Below the pieces are notes generated by a model, which was not told the DNA's origin, searched no databases, and saw only the letters and a list, made by a program, of their open reading frames with translations. From Mycolicibacterium smegmatis (lineage in GTDB: Bacteria > Actinomycetota > Actinomycetes > Mycobacteriales > Mycobacteriaceae), in contig NZ_LN831039.1 in NCBI RefSeq assembly GCF_001457595.1, positions 5,100,001-5,132,000 of the forward strand: a DNA stretch of 32,000 nt. The letters are read 5' to 3'. The position numbers were made by a program, and so were the translations under genes. This document shows, piece after piece, positions 28,939-32,000 of the stretch (position 1 is its first letter; the number at the start of each line of letters is the position of its first letter).

Positions 28939-29460
28939 CTAGACGCCGGGACCTTCGGCGCGCAGGTCGTCGACGGTCTTCATGGCCTCACGCAGCTTGG
29001 CCAGCCACTCGTCGGCGTGCTGACCGACCAGGCGCACCGACCAGGCCAGCGCGTCCGAACGTGACCGGGCCACGCCCGCGTCGACCAGGGTGTCGAGCAC
29101 CTGGCGTTCGGGTTGTTTGAGCCGCGTCATGACAGGCACGGCGATGTGGGTGAACATGATTCGCTCGGTTTTGTCGCCCGACCGGACCTCCACACCCCAG
29201 GAGACCTTGCGGCCGAACCGGTCCTGGGCCTCGTCGGCGATGCGCATGCGCTCGCCGCGGGTCTCCTCGCGGAACTTGGCCGCGCGGCCGGATGCTCTGG
29301 CCTCGCTCTCCCCTTCGACGTCGGGAAGGGTTCCGATGACCGTGATCTCCTCGCGGTCGACGATGACGGTGGGATCGCCGGTGAACCACCCATCGGGCAG
29401 GCGCCCGGCGAACCACTCTGCTGCTTCGCTCGCGTCGCGGCGGTGGTGTTGATGCCTCAT
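28939..29460 (-). CDS. conserved hypothetical protein with a ribbon-helix-helix-like C-terminal segment (173 aa)
   Basis: Long ORF with actinobacterial codon usage; C-terminus VPVMTRLKQPERQVLDTLVDAGVARSRSDALAWSVRLVGQ resembles an RHH fold pattern. Confidence 0.65.
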   Translation of the reverse strand: MRHQHHRRDASEAAEWFAGRLPDGWFTGDPTVIVDREEITVIGTLPDVEGESEARASGRAAKFREETRGERMRIADEAQDRFGRKVSWGVEVRSGDKTERIMFTHIAVPVMTRLKQPERQVLDTLVDAGVARSRSDALAWSVRLVGQHADEWLAKLREAMKTVDDLRAEGPGV

Positions 29461-29483
29461 GATTACATGATTACACCGTTACA
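29460..29483 (-). repeat. three tandem 8-mers directly upstream of the 28939-29460 start codon
   Basis: Minus strand: TGTAACGG TGTAATCA TGTAATCA ending at the ATG (start codon 29460-29458). Confidence 0.8.
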
Positions 29484-29527
29484 TCGCTGGTAGGGCAGTG
29501 TTCACCCAGGGCGAACCACTCGCCGGA

Positions 29528-29725
29528 TCAGCGCATGAGCAGCGCGGCACCACCCACGAGGACCAGGGCCACGAGCAGCAGAGCCGCCCAGCCGGCACCG
29601 AACACCCACCACACGACACCCAGCGCCACGAGCACCGGCGACAGGGCGAACAGCACCATGCCCGGATGCTGCCTGATGACCGCCACCGCGCCCCGTGCGC
29701 GCGTGCGGTCGATTTCCTTTGCCAT
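29528..29725 (-). CDS. small two-TM membrane protein (65 aa)
   Basis: MAKEIDRTRARGAVAVIRQHPGMVLFALSPVLVALGVVWWVFGAGWAALLLVALVLVGGAALLMR. Confidence 0.6.
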   Translation of the reverse strand: MAKEIDRTRARGAVAVIRQHPGMVLFALSPVLVALGVVWWVFGAGWAALLLVALVLVGGAALLMR

Positions 29726-29793
29726 GTCACCAGGATGCCACCGGTGACCTACTCTCGTGGTCGGTCCTGTACCCCGAGCCGAGGAGCAAAACC

Positions 29794-30633
29794 ATGAACG
29801 GTCAGTGGTTGCCCGATCCGGAAGGCCGCTACGAATACCGGTGGTGGGACGGGCAGTCGTGGACCGACCAGGTGTCCCACCAGGGTCAGTTGCACCGCGC
29901 GCCGCTCGGGCCCCCGCCGGGTCCGGGGCCCGCACAGGCCCAGCCTCAGCCCCAGGGTGACGGGTTCGCCGGTATCAGCGGCGAACTGGTCGACGGGCGG
30001 TTCAGCGAGAAGGAGGCGACCGCGATCGCCAACCAGAACCGCAAGATGCTGCGCGTGCGCCTCGGCGAGCCTTTCATGGCGCGGCAGGGTTCGATGGTGG
30101 CCTACCAGGGCAACGTCGACTTCGCGTTCGAAGGTGGCGGCGCGTCGAAGTTCATCAAGAAGGCGCTGACGGGTGAAGGGCTGCCGCTCATGCGGTGCCA
30201 GGGCCAGGGTGACGTGTTCCTCGCCGACCGCTCGTTCGACGTGCACCTGCTGCAACTGACCAACACAGCACTTTCGGTCAGCGGCAAGAACGTGCTGGCG
30301 TTCTCGTCGAGCCTCGACTGGAACATCGAACGCGTCCGCGGCGGCAGCATGGTCGCAGGCGGCCTGTTCAACACCATGCTGCGCGGTACCGGCTGGGTCG
30401 CGCTCACCACCGACGGTCCGCCGGTGGTGCTCGACGCGTCCGAGGCGCCGACGTTCGCCGACACCAATGCCGTCGTGGCGTGGTCGGCCAACCTGCAGAC
30501 CCAGCTCAAGATGAGCTTCAAGGCCGGTGCGCTGATCGGCCGCGGCTCCGGTGAGGCCATGCAGGTGGCGTTCCACGGCAACGGCTTCGTGATAGTCCAG
30601 CCGTCCGAGGGCGTCACCTACCCGGTGCAGTGA
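29794..30633 (+). CDS. DUF2510 plus AIM24-family (TIGR00266-like) protein (279 aa)
   Basis: N-terminal QWLPDPEGRYEYRWWDGQSWTDQVS (DUF2510 pattern), Pro/Gln linker, then GQGDVFLADRSFDVHLLQL...GLFNTMLRGTGWVALTTDGPPVVL (AIM24). Confidence 0.82.
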   Translation: MNGQWLPDPEGRYEYRWWDGQSWTDQVSHQGQLHRAPLGPPPGPGPAQAQPQPQGDGFAGISGELVDGRFSEKEATAIANQNRKMLRVRLGEPFMARQGSMVAYQGNVDFAFEGGGASKFIKKALTGEGLPLMRCQGQGDVFLADRSFDVHLLQLTNTALSVSGKNVLAFSSSLDWNIERVRGGSMVAGGLFNTMLRGTGWVALTTDGPPVVLDASEAPTFADTNAVVAWSANLQTQLKMSFKAGALIGRGSGEAMQVAFHGNGFVIVQPSEGVTYPVQ

Positions 30634-30636
30634 CGG

Positions 30637-32000
30637 TCAGCGAAAACGCTTCAGCCGCAAGCTGTTGCTGACCACGAACACCGACGAGAACGCCATGGCC
30701 GCACCCGCGAGCATCGGGTTCAGCAGGCCCGCGGCAGCGAGCGGAAGTGCCGCCACGTTGTAGGCGAACGCCCAGAACAGGTTGCCCTTGATGGTCGCCA
30801 ATGTCCTGCGGGACAAGCGGATCGCATCGGCGGCCGTACGCAGGTCGCCACGCACCAGGGTCAGGTCGCCTGCCTCGATCGCGACGTCGGTACCCGTGCC
30901 CATCGACAGCCCCAGATCGGCCTGCGCGAGCGCCGCGGCGTCGTTGACACCGTCGCCGACCATCGCGACCACCCTGCCCTCGGCCTGCAGTCGTTTGATC
31001 ACGTCGGCCTTGTCCTGCGGCAGCACCTCGGCGTAGACGTCGTCGATGCCCACCTGATCGGCGATGGCGCGTGCCGCCGCGCCGTTGTCACCGGTCAGCA
31101 TGATGGGCTGCAGACCGAGTTTCCTCAGCTGTCCGATCGCCTCGGCCGACGTGGCCTTGACCGCGTCGGCGACCACGAGCACACCGCGCGCGGTGCCGTC
31201 CCAGCCCACGACGACCGCGGTGCGTCCCTGCGCCTGCGCGGCCTCCATCGCGTCGGCGAGCTTGCGCGGCAGGGATTTCTCGGGGTCCCCGAACAAGCGG
31301 GGCCTGCCGACGACGACGGCGCGGCCCTCGACGGTGCCCTGGACGCCCAGGCCCTCGATGTTGGCGAAACCCTCGACGGCGGGCAGTTCACCCGTCCGCT
31401 CCCTCGCACCCGCGGCGATGGCACGCGCGATCGGATGCTCCGAGGCGTCCTCGACGGCCGCGGCCACACGCAGCACGTCGTCGCGGTCCTCGCCGTCGGC
31501 GACCACGACGTCGAGCAGCGTCATCGATCCGGTGGTGATGGTGCCGGTCTTGTCGAGCACGATGGTGTCGACGCGCCGCGTGGATTCGAGCACCTCGGGC
31601 CCCTTGATGAGGATGCCGAGCTGCGCGCCGCGGCCCGTACCGACCAGCAGGGCCGTGGGGGTGGCCAGCCCCAGCGCACACGGGCACGCGATGATCAGCA
31701 CGGCGACCGCGGCGGTGAACGCCGCCGCCACCGATCCGCCTGTGCCGAGCCAGAATCCGAGGGTGGCCACCGCGAGCGCGATGACGATCGGCACGAACAC
31801 CGCCGACACCCGGTCGGCCAGGCGTTGCGCCTGCGCCTTGCCGCTCTGCGCGTCCTCGACGAGGCGGGCCATCTGCGCGAGCTGCGTGTCGGACCCGATC
31901 CGGTTGGCGCGCACCACCAGTCGTCCGCCGACGTTGACCGTGGCCCCGACCACCTGATCGCCCGGCCCGACCTCGACGGGCACCGATTCACCCGTGAGCA
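30637..32000 (-). CDS. P1B-type heavy-metal (probably Cu+) transporting ATPase, N-terminus beyond the window
   Basis: The 31983 ORF start is internal: the frame continues upstream as LTGES|VPVEV (TGES motif). CPC motif [17 protein letters not shown], phosphorylation motif [22 protein letters not shown]-terminal [12 protein letters not shown]...[15 protein letters not shown]. Confidence 0.95.
   Translation of the reverse strand, partial: LTGESVPVEVGPGDQVVGATVNVGGRLVVRANRIGSDTQLAQMARLVEDAQSGKAQAQRLADRVSAVFVPIVIALAVATLGFWLGTGGSVAAAFTAAVAVLIIACPCALGLATPTALLVGTGRGAQLGILIKGPEVLESTRRVDTIVLDKTGTITTGSMTLLDVVVADGEDRDDVLRVAAAVEDASEHPIARAIAAGARERTGELPAVEGFANIEGLGVQGTVEGRAVVVGRPRLFGDPEKSLPRKLADAMEAAQAQGRTAVVVGWDGTARGVLVVADAVKATSAEAIGQLRKLGLQPIMLTGDNGAAARAIADQVGIDDVYAEVLPQDKADVIKRLQAEGRVVAMVGDGVNDAAALAQADLGLSMGTGTDVAIEAGDLTLVRGDLRTAADAIRLSRRTLATIKGNLFWAFAYNVAALPLAAAGLLNPMLAGAAMAFSSVFVVSNSLRLKRFR

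Noticed and set aside
30637-31983. P-type ATPase ORF taken as a complete 448-aa gene
   Set aside because: The start at 31983 is an in-frame GTG inside the TGES-VPVEV motif; the gene clearly continues past the window edge.

Overview
High-GC actinobacterial window. Gene content and order match, from memory, the Mycobacterium Rv1272c-Rv1284 neighbourhood of a fast-growing Mycolicibacterium; no database search was run. In order: (i) the 3' tail of a hotdog-type thioesterase-like gene; (ii) a minus-strand run, read from right to left, of response regulator, sensor kinase, PMT/ArnT-type glycosyltransferase, GT2-GtrA fusion, second PMT/ArnT-type glycosyltransferase and beta-carbonic anhydrase; (iii) a divergent secreted protein and three small tandem signal-peptide proteins sharing a Thr/Pro-rich motif; (iv) oppBCDA; (v) an alpha/beta hydrolase, a DszC/SfnB-like acyl-CoA-dehydrogenase-fold enzyme, a LysR regulator and an O-methyltransferase; (vi) an unusual SbcD/SbcC-like pair with substituted metal-ligand motifs and no obvious zinc hook; (vii) a SixA-like phosphatase and two DUF3558-like lipoproteins; (viii) a heterodimeric ABC exporter; (ix) a hypothetical protein with an RHH-like C-terminus whose start codon abuts three tandem 8-mers; (x) a small membrane protein, a DUF2510-AIM24 protein and a partial P1B-type ATPase. 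The best candidates for something undescribed are the envelope-glycosylation/two-component/small secreted protein locus (about 0.2-9.8 kb), the non-canonical Mre11/Rad50-like pair (19.6-23.4 kb), and the possible autoregulated RHH-like gene (28.9-29.5 kb). No CRISPR, tRNA, rRNA or transposase was found.
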